A stretch of 64,000 nt of DNA from Callorhinchus milii (taxonomy: Eukaryota). The first letter of the stretch is position 1; each line of letters begins with the position of its first letter. The translations under genes and the position numbers were made by a program. This document shows positions 1 through 13,350 of the stretch, one piece after another. The notes below the pieces were generated by a model. That model was not told the DNA's origin, searched no databases, and saw nothing but the letters and a program-made list of their open reading frames with translations. The DNA lies in NCBI RefSeq assembly GCF_018977255.1, contig NW_024704743.1:107386001-107450000 (forward strand), read 5' to 3'.

Positions 1-899
1 TTAAACAGCACTTGTGTGATATGTTCTCTGGGTCAATTCAATGTTAAATGTTTTGAATAAGCCTGGCTTTGGGGGCATTTACTCAATTTGTATCCTGCTT
101 CCAAAATCAACTCCAGGAGGTGATTTTGGCTGCAATTTGTTGCTGGTGGCTTTCATGTAAATTAAGTTTTACTGCGGCTGATTCCAACTAGATATTTCAA
201 TTCAAAAATATTGTAACTTTAAATATTCTTACAGACTTCACTGGGGATGAAAATATATTTCCAACTAGAAGTCATTGCTTTAAAGAAAACTTCTGGTTTG
301 TGAATGCAATTGTTGAATTTGCTCTGAAATTTGGTAAACATCTGTAGATGGGGGGGAAGGGGGGTGAAGGATGGCAAAGGCTATTTTGCAGCCTTTGTTT
401 TGCCTTCTAAGCTTTTCCCCAGAGAAAGTAATTTCTCCCATTTTTCTGGCCAACAATCCACCAATAAAATTGGTCATTCACTTCATAGTTGTTTGTGGGA
501 CATTGCAGGACGCAAATTGGCCCTGCAATAAGATGTCCTCAAGACGTGAAAAACATTATATCGATAATAATAATCCTTGCATTTGATATAGAGTCTTATC
601 GTGTCTTTGAGACATCTCAAAGTGTTTCACAAAATATCCTGTAATGTGTATTTTGTGGACAAAATGCGGCAGGCAATTGCACACAGCAGTTTCCCACAAA
701 CATTTGTGCTCATTCTAAGATTTCTACCTTTGGTCCCAAGTAGTTCTTCTATGGATAATTTCAGGACACACATGTGCCTTACAGTATTTCAGTAGCAGTG
801 CAACTTCAAGTACAGCAAGTCACTCCGCAGGCTGAAGAAAAATAATGGCCTTATCTTCTCAGGTTATCTAAACCTATCCAAAATGCAACCTAACATGTG

Positions 900-1310
900 T
901 CTGTTTGACTCAGTTACTCGAACTCTCTCATCGGGGCAGTAGGTCGTGGATTCTAACCCCACAAGGGGATTTAAGATCATGATCTGTGCTGTTGCTCCTG
1001 TAGAGCATTAGGAGAAAGCTGTGTGGTTGGAGGTGGTTTCTTTCAGTTAAAATTTATAGCTGCTCTCTTGCTCGGGTGGTCACTAACATTCCCATGGAAC
1101 CGGTTTGAAACAGTGCTGCGAGGTTTCCTTGTGTCTGATCAATATTCTTCCCTCATTTCAAAGTAAGTGAGTTATGGCCCGTTAACTGGTGTAGGTTAGA
1201 TCTTCTGTTTAACTACATATAAATAGTTACTACACTTCAAAGTAACTCACATGAGCGATAAAGCTCCTTGAGGACTTTCAATGTGGTAAGATTGTGCTAT
1301 ATCACATCAA
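900..1310 (+). mobile_element. Highly decayed ancient Deu-domain SINE (SacSINE1/AmnSINE1-like)
   Basis: Degenerate tRNA-like head, Deu-like body and tail 'actacacttcaaagtaactc...aaagctccttgaggac...gtgctatat'; colinear with the better copy at 49378-49808. Confidence 0.5.
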
Positions 1311-1671
1311 TTAACACAACCCCTACCTGTTCTTCCTGTGGGAAGCTCATCATTTAACTTCACATCATATACAATTTCCTGGGTATCATTCAACAGCAGT
1401 AAAGAAGCAAATATTTGCAAAATACATTGCATGTTAAAAACATAAAATGGTTCCAAAAAGTATAGTTAGAGATGAAGCATTGCTATATAATAATAATCCT
1501 CACATTTTGATATAGAGCTTTATTACTTGTCGAGATGTCTCAAGATGGCAGACAATTTGCACACAGCGATGTTGCATAAACAGCTATGAAGTGAATGATC
1601 AATTTTTCCAGGGGTTTGTTGGCTAGGACATTGGGAGGAACTCCCCTCTCTTTTCAACTGGTGCCATGATT

Positions 1672-2338
1672 CATGAAGCATAGTGGTTAGAGCACTTGTC
1701 TCGCAAGTGAGAAGACCTTGGTTCAATTCTTGGGCAGGGCAAAATCTTAGGCAAGTTTCCTTACTCCACACACCTGTTTACCTAGCAGTATGTAGGAATA
1801 ATAATCATCCTTGCATTTGATATTGCTCTTTTCACATCTTGTAGACGTCTCAAAACGCTTCACAGAATAGACATAAAGTGAATTGACTATACATTTGTGG
1901 GTGAAACGCGGCAGCCAATTGCGCACAGAAGTGTCCCACGAACAGTTGTGGACTGAAGTGATCAATGTATTGTTTTTTTTCTTGAGGGATTATTATCAGG
2001 CATGTGGAGTAAGGAAACTTGCTCAAGGTTTCACCCTGTAGGGAATCGAACCCAAGTCTCTCACTTGCAAAGCGAGTTATCTAATTACTGGGCTTCAGGA
2101 CTATTGAATCTGGTTGTTAGTCGATTAGAGAATCACTTTCCGGGGGTAATAATCCCTGCAAAAAAACATGTGGTCACTCAATCCATGACTGTTTGTGGGA
2201 CACTGCTGTGGGCAATTGGCTGAAACATTTCACCCACAAAATATACAGTCACTCTACAGTATATTCTGTGAAGGGCTTTGAGACGTCTCAACAACGTGAT
2301 AAGACGCTATATCAAATGCAAACAACAATTAGTATTAT
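1672..2338 (+). mobile_element. Long-type tRNA(Ala-like) SINE interrupted by a minus-strand short-type SINE
   Basis: Head 'agtggttagagcacttgtctcgcaagtgag...ggttcaattc' at 1672-1797; body resumes at ~2105 and runs to the tail 'cgctatatcaaatgcaa'. Confidence 0.8.
1798..2102 (-). mobile_element. Short-type tRNA SINE, full length, moderately diverged
   Basis: Reverse complement aligns end to end with the 36892 copy and lacks the central segment of the long type. Confidence 0.85.
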
Positions 2339-2911
2339 GAGATCTTTAAAGTCCACCTGAACAGGCAGATGGCACATCCAACAACACAGCACTCCCCAAG
2401 CACTGCACTGGTGAATCTTAGCTTTATGAGCTCAAAGTCCAAGTATAAAAGAACTGATATGTGTGACTAGACCAAATATTGTTTGTAATAACCACAACCT
2501 AAGCTTAATGTAGTTCCACTCACAGAAGAAATGATAAAATACACACAGAGACATTGTAGTGCTATCCAATTATGCTTCAAAGACACAGAATAAATGTTAT
2601 TATAATCTAATACCAGTCAGTAAAATAAATCCCGACATTGCTGTTTGTCAATTCACATGATACAATATCACTGTCTCGTAAATTGTGGATTTCCATCAAC
2701 TACAGAACAAAAACAAAGATTTAAATGGAATACAGAAAACATAAATTCACTATGTTTCTATATATTATTCAAAATAATAATCTGGAGTATGTTTCCAGGC
2801 CAGTAACACATTTTGGGATTAAAGTGATGTTGTTTGGCTCAATTGGTAGCACTCTGGCTGAATGGTCAGAATTCAAATTCGGTGAATTGAACTCTCTAGA
2901 GTTGAGACTCT

Positions 2912-3245
2912 AGAGAATTGAGAGGTGTTTAACATTATGAGACGATTCAATAGGCTTTTTCCATTTGTTAGTGAGTGCAAAACAAGAGAGAATAAATATA
3001 AGATAGACTATCTCATTGTAGATCTAACGGAGAGTTTAGGAGACACTTCTTCTCACAGATGGTTGTGGGAATATGGAACTCACTGCCCAATATTGTAGTA
3101 GAGAACTGGATAGGTATCTAAAGAGAATAAATTGCAGGGAATGGGGAAAAAACAGGATGGATTGTTTTTTAAAAGAGCCTGTATAGTCACAGTCACCATG
3201 GGTTGAATGGCCTTCTTCTGTGCTGTAAATTTCTATGTTTCTGTG
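2912..3245 (+). mobile_element. CR1 LINE 3' fragment
   Basis: 'cacttcttctcacagatggttgtgggaatatggaactcactgccc' (FFSQ.VV..WNSLP) and the CR1 3' end 'gggttgaatggccttcttctgtgctgtaaatttctatg'. Confidence 0.8.
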
Positions 3246-3898
3246 GTTCTGAACTACAGAATATTGGAGCATAATAACAAAGGGGGCATTCACATCCACC
3301 TCATATACTGTAGAGACACCATATTGTACATTACAGTACTAATAAAAAGACAATTTTGCACTGTTCATCACGAGTGCTGTGATTTATTTAACATATAAAT
3401 GAAAAGAGGTTTATCCAAACTTTGGCATAACAGAAAACATATGTTAGCAGTATGTGAAATATAACTCAATATTTATTAACTGTATCCTTTCCCATTTCAA
3501 CAAAAGTCATTAAAGAGGAATTAAAGTCCAGAGGGAGTACTTTTTGTTCAAACTACTCCCTCCAGATACAGAAAAAAATAATAGCATTATAAATAGGATG
3601 GTTCGCTCTTCACCTGGTACATGAGATACACAGAATCTGAAATAGAAGACCACTGTGAAATTCATCATTGTCAAAGTGGAGGGGGTTTAAAACAGCAACA
3701 GAGCAAATGAGTGAGATCAACCCTCAAACCTGAAATTATAGACCTTCAATTGGCTTTGGGTTCACAGACAGGTAATAATCGTATAATATAACGTGTAGGC
3801 GTGTCTTTATTGGGCTGTTTCTAGAGCAGTGCAAAGGGAAGTGTGTGGTTGATCTGTTAAGGACAGTCATGGTGTAATGGAGCATTTGTCGTGTGCTT

Positions 3899-4285
3899 AA
3901 ATAATAATAATCCTTGCATTTGATATAGCTCTTTTCACGTCTTCTAGATTTCCCAAAGCGCTTCACAGAATATACTGCAAAGTGAATCGACTGCATATTT
4001 GTGGGCGAAACGCGGCAGCCAATTGCACACAGCAATGTCCCACAAACAGTCATTGACTGAAGTGAACAATTTACTATTATTATTTTTTATTTTTATTTTT
4101 TTGAAGGAATTATTAACCCCAGAAAAGTGATCAGCCCATCGACTAACAACCGTATTCCTACTTACTGCTAGGTAAACAGAGCCGTGTGGAGTAAGAAAAT
4201 TGCCCAAGGTTTTGCCCTGCTGGGAACTGAAGCTAGGTGTCTCGCTTACGAGGTGGGTGCTCTAACCCCTGAGCTACAGGTCTCC
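3899..4285 (-). mobile_element. Long-type tRNA SINE, full length
   Basis: (TTA)n tail, Deu core, central segment 'cctacttactgctaggtaaacag', head ending 'gagctacaggtctcc'. Confidence 0.85.
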
Positions 4286-4334
4286 AGAACGGGGAGAATG
4301 CAAGGGAAAAGCATTGGGTAATAATAATAACAAT

Positions 4335-4690
4335 AACAGGAACAACTTGCACTTATATAGCTCCCTCCACTCAGGGTAGCGTCTCAGAGTGTTTAATAGT
4401 GGCAGGGCCTGACTCCATGCCCAGGGGTGCAGGGAGAGGATTGGTCAAAGAGGAAGATTTTCAGGCCAGATTTGAAAAAGGGATGAGAGGGGGCAAGGCA
4501 GACGGATTGAGGGATTGACGGAGTGTTCCAGAGTTTTGGGGTGTAGTGGCTGAAAGCAAGACCTCCAATGGTGGGGCGGAGGGTGTCAGGGACGGGCAGG
4601 AGGCCAGTGCCAGTCAAGCAGAGGCGCTGTGTGGTGGATTGAAAAGTGAGGAGGTCGGAGAGGTAAGGCGGTGTCAGAAAGTGAAGGGAT
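4335..4690 (-). mobile_element. L2 LINE 3' fragment (older subfamily)
   Basis: Translates TGLLPVP..RPTIGGLAFSHYTPKLWN...FKSGLKIFLFD; tail 'aacaacttgcacttatatagc'. Confidence 0.85.
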
Positions 4691-7600
4691 TGTCTCCTGG
4701 GGAAAATAATAATATTAAAAACTCCCTTTTCTTTTGTGTGTGGGTGTGGGTATGTGTGTGGGAAAGAGGTGACTCCAGTACGAAGCAGAGTCAGGCAATG
4801 GTGCCACTTTCCTAAACATGCTGCCTGAAGCTTGAATTTAGTCTTGGTACTGTTAATAGTCTAGCAGATTCTTTAAAACAGTTTTATGGTAGAAATAAGA
4901 ACATATGAAGGAATACAATGAAGAAAGGCTCTGTGGCCCAACAAGTCCTTGCATAGACCACTCAAAACATATCTGATTCGGGAAGCTATCTCACACTGTC
5001 TCCTGGGGGAAAGAACTATAGATATTGGTAGATAAACGCCCCAAATCACCAGCAACAAGGATGTTCTCCAGTGTTAGAGGGATGAGTTATGGGGAACAAA
5101 CTAGAAACTAGAAAATCTCCGCTGGAGATAACCTCCAATGTTAGAGGGAAGAGGAACATGCAGACAAGCTAGGGCTCTTCAACCTTGAAACGAGATCCAG
5201 CAACGCAGAATCCATTATGTCCAGTGGAGTATTTGAAAGCTTCAATTTTTAAAACAATCATCTTGAGGCTGAGACGAAAGGGATTTCAGGTCTCAAATAT
5301 ATTTTGCAAAGCTGAGACTTAGAATTTTATTTTTACTTTGAACGCTGAAAGAATCTTCCCAATACTGTCAGTCATTTTAACCAGATACTAGCGACTGAAC
5401 AAGCAGAAGTAGAAATGCTATGAGAGGTGATGTGAGCTCTGCACCAATTTGAAAATTGGGCATTCTGTCAGACTTTTGAAATATGGAAATTCAAAAGAAA
5501 ATCCGTCTTTTAGTGCTAAGCTATGATTAATGAAGCTGAAAGTTATTGTTTTGATGACTGTTGCACACATTGTTTATAAATTCACCCAGAACCATGTTTG
5601 CTGAGTACTTTGTGAATCAATATATTTGTAGTAAGCAGCGTGCTGGCAACGCTCCAACAAACTAATTATGTTGTATTGTGCACCAGCTAAGAGGAGTACC
5701 ACAGATGTGAAACACAATTAACTTGCGGTATTTCTTAACAGGATTTCTTAATAAGGATTCGAAGTCACACAAATTGGGACTTCTCTGACAATCTGATAAT
5801 ATGTCAAGATGACCTGCAAGAATTCCATTCCGTGGTGATCCACTCTGTACTTCTCACAGATCAGGAATTCTAACAGATTCCTTCTTAAGGAATACTTAAG
5901 TATTGACTCCTCCCTCCTGTACCTCCCCCACCCATACATAAATCAAGAGCCAGGAGGGAACTCTCTGACTTCAGCTATACATGAAGCATTTCAAAACTGC
6001 AGAAGGGATAGAAATGGATCTGCAAATGTTCACTGTACAGTTTCAAATGAAGCAGCAAAGACAAAATTTTTAAGCCCCATGTATGGGAACTTCAGGCCAT
6101 TTTTATCCCTCGCCTCCTTTGATGGTAAAACTGCTTGTCTCTATTTCCTAGTGACTCAGAAATCCAGCTGCTTCATTGTTGAATGATAGAACCGAGCTTT
6201 CATTCATTGCATCAGAAAGTCAGTTCTGTATGATAAAACCATAGATGAAGAAATCCAGATCATTGTAGAGTACTGCAGCCACATTTTGGGAAGGTCTGAC
6301 TTGTGTTCATCAAGTGGGATGAAACATATAATTGACTGTACTTTGCACAAGAACGTATACACAACCCCATACACTGGAAAGAGACTGGTACTTACTGTGT
6401 TCACCTATAATAATGTTCACGTAGTGCATGGGGAAATGCTTGCTTACTACAATACGATTCCAATGATAGCAAAATCTCAGTGATCTTTCTCCACATTACT
6501 CTATTGGACCGTGAGCACGATTGTTTCATCACAGGTTTCTAAAAATGAATAAATGAAAGGCAAAAATTCAAATTATTTCTGACATAAAATGCCTGTAGCT
6601 GAAATGCTATTTGCAATCATAGTTGGGTTACTTAACATGCGGGCAGTAATAAATGCAGTTATTCCATTACCAATGAACCAGTCATGGGGAAAACCGTTAT
6701 AATATAAAAATCACAACAGGGTTTATTCTGCTCTGTGTGCTCCATATAGTTCATTCACTGACATGCGATGTACGCTCCTCTGCTTTGTTCAGCAAATTTT
6801 GCCCATTTGTCTCTGTCTGAATATAAATAAATTTAATGAAAATTTAAATATATATAAATAGCACGATTTTTAAGATGCAAAGCAAAGTCTTACATTTGAA
6901 ATTGCATTTGAAAAGTGCCGAAAGCAGCAGAATATGCTCCTAAATCAACACACAGCACAGATTAACTCTCAGATTGTCTGACTGGACACACTGTAAAGAG
7001 CACAACTTAGTTTTTTTTCAGTTTTTTTTCGGTCAGGACAGCAGGGCTGAAAGAGTTCACAAGCGTTTACAAAATAATTGACCTTGTAGCTCAAGTTTCC
7101 AGCTCATGCAAAGCTCAACTGAAGGAAATTATAAAAGATTTACTCGATGGGACGTAAATATTTATTCTAATCAACAGCATTGTATTTATAATGCTGCTGA
7201 ATTATTATAATGCAGTTGATAACATTTGACAAACTATACTGCTTCATATATATTTGGCTGAGTAACGTTTATTATTACATTCGAAAATGGGAAAAAAAAC
7301 TTGATTTAAACTTTTCCGACCCCACTTTCTGCCAGCTGAATTGTCGTATGGTTCATTGGAAAATCAATGAAGTGCTGCAGGAATTGTACCTCACAGTTGC
7401 AGACAAGCCACACAAAAAATCCAACATTTCACATGAGATGAAGATCGTCTTTGCTTCATTTACTCTCTTAAGACACATTAAAATCAAATCCATCACCCCA
7501 TTTGGCCATCTGTCAATTCGTGCTTCACGGTAAATGGATAGACTTTGTTCATTGAATCAGTCAGGGGGGAGGATGTGCCATTACTCTCAAAACAAGTTTG

Positions 7601-9039
7601 TAAGCTACAAAGACAAAGAAATCAGTGTAATTTATATTCCCAAAGGTGATCGATGTTAGATAATGTTTTCTTAAGTACGAAGAATTATGCAGTTTTACGG
7701 ATGGGTAAGGATATAGAACAGATTCTTTTAACAAAGTGAACCTATGTCTTTTAAAAGAAGAGAACAGCAACAATGGCTGCAATTGAATTTTTATTTTAGC
7801 CTACTAAGGGAAACAATGACCATTACACACGGGAGGTTTAATTTAGAAACAGGCTGTGAACAGTTATAGAGAATATAAATAAAGAGTATAGGCTTATTTT
7901 GCACTTCAAAAGGTTTCTTCGGTTTATTTACTTCTGATTTAAATAGGCCTATTATAGCCATTTGATCCCAAAACCATAGTCAAATAGAAATGTAAATTAA
8001 TGTAAGAAAACATAAGTGCCATAGTATACTCTTGTGAAATTGTACCTACGGTAATTTTAAAGAATGTAGAAAGCTCAGTAACTGATATTTCAGCAGAGTA
8101 ATAATATTAATCCAATGAATTTGAATTATAATGTTTTAACAACTTGAGCTTTGACTTCATTGAATGTTTATTTTTCTATCCTTCCTCTAAATTACTTATT
8201 TAATTGAGATTTAGGCAAACAATTTGATCTCGCTCAATCCTTCTTTATTACCTGTGATCTCTTGTTTAATTTTGCTTATACAGTACCTAATTAGTTTTTA
8301 ACCTCCTTTAGGCAGTTGCCTCTAGCTGAATTCTTGCCTTCTTCCTGCTAGTTTCCCAGCTTTTTCCTCTCTTCTAGGTCCAGTCAGGGGTTCCTCCTCC
8401 TGAACAATGACAATCTGGAAGCAAAAGAGTTTCCTCCTAAAATTGTCCAATTTACAAGGGTTAGTTGGATGGTTCCTAGACATTACTTCTAACAATTCAG
8501 GTTCTGTTAAGAGTTTCCAACCTCTGTGGAGTCAGGAACAAATACAATTTTCTCTTAATATCCTAGATGTGGTGCAACTGGCTGATACAAAGGCAGAAAA
8601 TTTGAAAATATTATCTCTCCAACTGCTTTCTAGTTAATGACCCGAATGATGTAAAGAAAATGTTCAGAAAAGCAGTCATCTCCACCATTCCCCCTTGGTA
8701 ACAAGAGGAAAAAAAACAATTCTGTCCATTGCGCTACCTCTCAGAATACTGTGCTCAAGCAAAGCAGAGGAGAAACAGTCAATTAGAGTTGATAGTGCCT
8801 GGGCAAGGCTCCAAGATCGCAATATTTCAGCTGGTTTGTTAATATGTCACTGAATGCTTTTTGGCAATCCAGTTTGTGATCTACTGCAACACCACATACT
8901 CTTACGGATGACCACATGCAATTTCAAATGAAATGAAAACATGGGAGGCCCAATCACCATGAATATAATATGTCAGGGTGCCTTTATCAAGTGTGAATGA
9001 GGAAATATTATAATGTAATTTTATTATTAAATTCCAGCT

Positions 9040-9538
9040 CCTCTCTACAGGCCATCCACAACTCTGCAACCTGGGTCCTCTTCCACACTCGACTCTGCCA
9101 GCCCATTGCCCCCATCCTCACTTGGCTCCACTGGCTCCCTATTTCCCCAGCGGATCAAATACAAAATTCTCCTCTTCACTTCAAGTGCCTCTGTGGCCTT
9201 GCCCCACTCAACTACTGTGACCTCCTGTGACCCTACTGCCCCAGCTGCTACCTCTCCACTCAGCAAACTAACTCCCCTCCTTCACGTTCTCTACCCACTT
9301 CATCTCGCAGTCTCTCAGCCCTGCCCCCTCCTTCCCTGACTTCAGAATTCGCCTATGACATATTCCTTTGATCATGCTTTCTGCCTTCTTTCCCTGTTTC
9401 CCTCCCCACCACCGCCTCCCACCCCATTCCAATCAGCCCATCCTCACCTCTCTTCTCTTCCCCCATCTTCACCCAGGTTTCCATTCAATTGTGTACTCCC
9501 AAAATGAAAGGCTCTATATAAATGTAAACTGTTGTTGT
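9040..9538 (+). mobile_element. L2 LINE 3' fragment, decayed
   Basis: LQAIHNSA...LHWLPI motif, C-rich 3' UTR, tail 'ggctctatataaatgtaaactgttgttg'. Confidence 0.8.
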
Positions 9539-10157
9539 TAATTCTTTTGAGAGATGCTACACAACCACATTTCACACAGTGAAAAATGACTTAACAAATG
9601 AACAATTTAATGGACTCAAAATAGCCTGGCCTCATTTAGCGAGTTATACTGACTCTCAGACAAGGAACTGAATCACTGGTGCATATCTCCTTGAACCTCA
9701 TAGGTTTCATTGTGGTTCCCATAATCCAACAAGAGTTAGACATCATGCTGAACATCAAGGGCATTGACCAAAACACATCAGTTTGAAAACAAATCATGTT
9801 GTCTGATGCTGTATTAATTATCACTCACGTCACATTGCTACTAAAGAAATATATTTTGTTCTTATCAATGAATTAAGATTGAATTGGTCTAACCATCCAG
9901 GCCTGTAAAAGGTAAGTTGGTGTATTCTTCAATCGCAATTTATCACCATTGGTTAGTTACACAATCAGATAAAAACAGAATTGCTTCCAGTGCTCTGGAT
10001 AGGTTAAGGAGAAACAATTATGAAATCTCAACAGGTGGCTTGATACAGAGGCAGAGTTTCAGACATGGGACAGATTCTAGGGCAGGTAAAAGCCGATTAG
10101 ATGGATTGGACTTCACTTGAACCCGACAGGTACCAATATTCTTGCAAGAGAAGATCA

Positions 10158-10395
10158 TTTTTGTTTTGGTCTGGCACATACAGAAACCCCTTATTGTGCT
10201 AAAGTGTTCAAACCAGAATCAGAGTTCCACAGATGTACCCAACCTACACATGGATATTTCCCTGCGTATGGAATGGAATGGGTACTCTCTCCCTGGAAGG
10301 ACACATCCTGCTTCCCTTATACCGAGAATATTAGGCACGGGTGCGCAAAAGCTACAGCTTGGGAATACCAGAGTGTACGTAGAGGGTACTGCTAA
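10158..10395 (-). repeat. Copy of an unassigned ~250 bp interspersed repeat
   Basis: Aligns with 34190-34445 ('catggatatttccctgcgtatggaatggaatgggtactctctccctgga', 'ccagagtgta'). Confidence 0.7.
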
Positions 10396-11989
10396 AACTG
10401 CATAGCTTGCCAATGAGAGCATTGGGCAAGCTTCCCGCTGCTTGTTTAGAGAAGGTAAACAGGACAGTGGAGAGGTTTCACACTTGAACTCTGGTTTATC
10501 CAAACATTATCTAAACAAGCTTTCCCAAAGTAACAGCAAACTTTCTACATCTTCCACCTTCAATTAAGCAGGCAGAGCATAGCAAAATAATCACAAGGAA
10601 AATAATGTCAGGCTAAGAATTGGTGGAAATTGATGTGTTAATTTTTGTACACAAACAGCAAGAGTTTTAAGAATAAAATTCAAGCTCCAGAGTTGAACAA
10701 CAACAATTAAAGTTCACTATAATGTAACAGTTACCATGGCGATTTAACTGAATGATGAAACCAACTGGGATCTAAATTGCTCCGCGGGGATAGAAAGCAC
10801 AAACTGGGAAGGGTTTCTTATTTTACACAATGTTAGTTGAGATAGACAAATTGGGCTGAAGTTGGATATAAAGCGGCAAGGTCATGGATCAAAATTTGTG
10901 ACAATAAAGGGGAAAAAAAGAGGGAACTTCGGACCAACAATCCCACAAACAAAATTGATCATTTACCCCATGACTGTTTGTGGACATTTGTGCAAATTGG
11001 TTGCTGGGTTTGCCTACAACATACACAACAATAAATACTTGCATTTGTAAAGCATAAAGTATTGTAGGATAATATCTCAGAGTGCTTAGAGTCATTACAC
11101 TTTACATCCTGTGAAGCTCTTTAAGATTCCTCCAGACATGAAAGACGCTATATCAAATGCAAGGATTATTATTATTATTAAATAAGGGAAGTCGATGTAT
11201 AGGAAATATGAATGAATCATGAATAATAAACTGGGAATATAAATAAACAATATGTTTTCTCCATGTGATATTGGTGCATTGCAGGCCTTAAATGGTTAAG
11301 CAACCTATACTTGAAGGAGCGGTACTAGACCTGACCTCATTCCCAGTTTAATCTCTACATTTCTGTTTATAAATTGGAGTTATGTTCACACTTCTGCAAT
11401 CTTCAGGCAACAATCCTGTTTTCAATGATTTCCTGAAAACAATTCCCAAAATGGGATTGATTTAAAATTTAATTACCTTATGTATACCATTGGTTCAGTC
11501 CATTCAGGTGGATGCCATGGCGTCAGCATGTTGGTCAACTCTTTTTGATTCCTATTTTTAATATATCCCTGTGCTACCTGGAAAACATTATTGATTTTTT
11601 CTGATGGTTATTGGGCACCTATACACTGGTATGCACATGTCCAGTCAGGTGGATGTTAAAGATCCCAAGGCACAATTCAAGAAGAGATGGGTATTTCCTC
11701 CGGTGTTCTGGCCAACATTTCCACAAAATAAAATTGATCATGCTTCAAACCTGTTCCCAAATGATTAGTTATCCAGCTTCTTTCCAAAATAGTTAATCAA
11801 TGCAGCATCAACTGCTTTTGCTTGCAAACTGTACTACGTTTACACAGCTCTTTGAGGGAGAAAAAACTATTTATTCTAATCGGTAGTCTTGCCTGAGGGT
11901 TATTAATTTACCCTCAAGTTCTGTGTTCACAGTCTACATCAAATAGCTTGCCACATCTACATCGTCTATTCATCTCAGCATTTTAAAGA

Positions 11990-12360
11990 TCGCAAGATCA
12001 CAAGAGAGGAGAAGATGAAGAAGGCTCTTTCGTCCATTTGAAACCATCCTTCCAGAATACCCATCCCAACTACTTGTTATTATAGCATCAACATCTTTCT
12101 AAAAGTAGACCAGTATCCTGACCATAACCATCTTTTCTGGTAACCCGTTCCAGTTAATGTCACTGGGTAAAGAAATACTTCCAGGATCTGTACTGAAATA
12201 TCCCTTCATAAACTTGAACCAGTGCCCACTTATTCTGCTTCCTTGACATATTAGCATTAGTTATGGGTTTACTCCCAGTTAACATCTTATACCTTTATAA
12301 GCTTCCCTCTAAAACCTCTCTTTTCAAGGATGAAGTCCTCTAACTTATCTAGTTCCTCAG
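11990..12360 (-). mobile_element. CR1 LINE 3' fragment
   Basis: Reverse complement is colinear with the CR1 pieces at 43710 and 51510 (WN.LP-encoding 'aactggaacgggttacc', same 3' end). Confidence 0.65.
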
Positions 12361-12901
12361 ATCTCATCTCTCTAAGGATCTTCAATCATCTCCAACAAAA
12401 GTAGAAAAAAGTAGGTTCAGCTCTATAAATCTCTAAGACACATGCCTTAAAGCTATAAGTCCCAGGATCCTCGTTTTTCTTTGATCTATTTGAGAAGTGT
12501 AGTAAATAACTTTTCTAAGCCTCTGTAGACCAAGGTAAAGGTGAGTAACGACACCAGCAGTTATTCCAGTAAGGTAGCAGAAGGTCAGGTGGCCGCTGAA
12601 ACAGAGCTGCCATTCAGCTGTACCTTGCACAATCATCCGTCAGACCCAGTTTGGAACCTCTCAATCAGAATTGGATGTCCTGTCTCTCCTAAACACACTC
12701 AGGTGATGACATACTGAGAAGAAACACATTAGACCTCAGGGTTGACACCAGGGAGTCGAAACATGTTTTTAGAAATAAGAACATTGTGATAAAATTCAAG
12801 GTTGGATTATATTTTGGACTAAATTTTAATTTGAAATGCCAATTTTCTGCAATTCTTTTTATTCACTTGAGAAACTCACCTTCCAAATTGACACTGAATT
12901 T

Positions 12902-13350
12902 AACAACAACAAATTACACTTGTATAGCACCCTTCATGTCGGAAAGACGTCCCACGATGCTGGACAATCAGGGTTTTAGACTCAAGCTGGGGGTTAGAAG
13001 GGGAGAAGGGGGGGTGGGAGGGTGGCCAAAGGCACAATTAAGAGGAAGGTCTTCAGATGGGGCATGAAGGAGACAAGAGAGGGGGTGAGGCAGAGGAATT
13101 GTGGGATAGTGTTCCAGAGTGTGGGGGCAGAGATGCTGAATGCCCGACCAACAATGGTCCAGGGGACCTGAAGGCCGGCGTCCGCTGAGTGGAGGGAGCA
13201 GACAGGCTGATATGAGGTTAAAAGGTCGGAGAGGTGGGGGGAGCAAGATCGTGGAGGTAAGAACTAGGGTTTTGCACTCGATTCTCTGAGGAATGGGGAG
13301 CCATTGAAACCGGGCAAGAACAGGGGTGATAGGTTCCTGGTTAAGACAGT
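12902..13350 (-). mobile_element. L2 LINE 3' fragment
   Basis: PITPVLARFQWLPIPQRIECKTLVLT; L2 tail 'aacaacaaattacacttgtatagc'. Confidence 0.85.

Larger units (their letters stand above)
1488..2440 (-). mobile_element. Ancient Deu-SINE split by nested younger SINEs (pieces ~1488-1670 and ~2339-2440)
   Basis: Tail 'ataataatcct', core 'gacaatttgcacacagc', then 'gtgccatga' resumes as 'gatctttaaagtccacctgaacaggcag' after the insert. Confidence 0.65.

Noticed and set aside
5876..5904. Overlapping short palindromes including AATACTTAAGTATT
   Set aside because: Short and AT-rich, with no supporting context
8378..8459. Plus-strand exon candidate SSQGFLLLNNDNLEAKEFPPKIVQFTR
   Set aside because: Plausible splice sites but 82 nt, no recognisable homology, and within pyrimidine-skewed sequence that looks like an antisense TE relic
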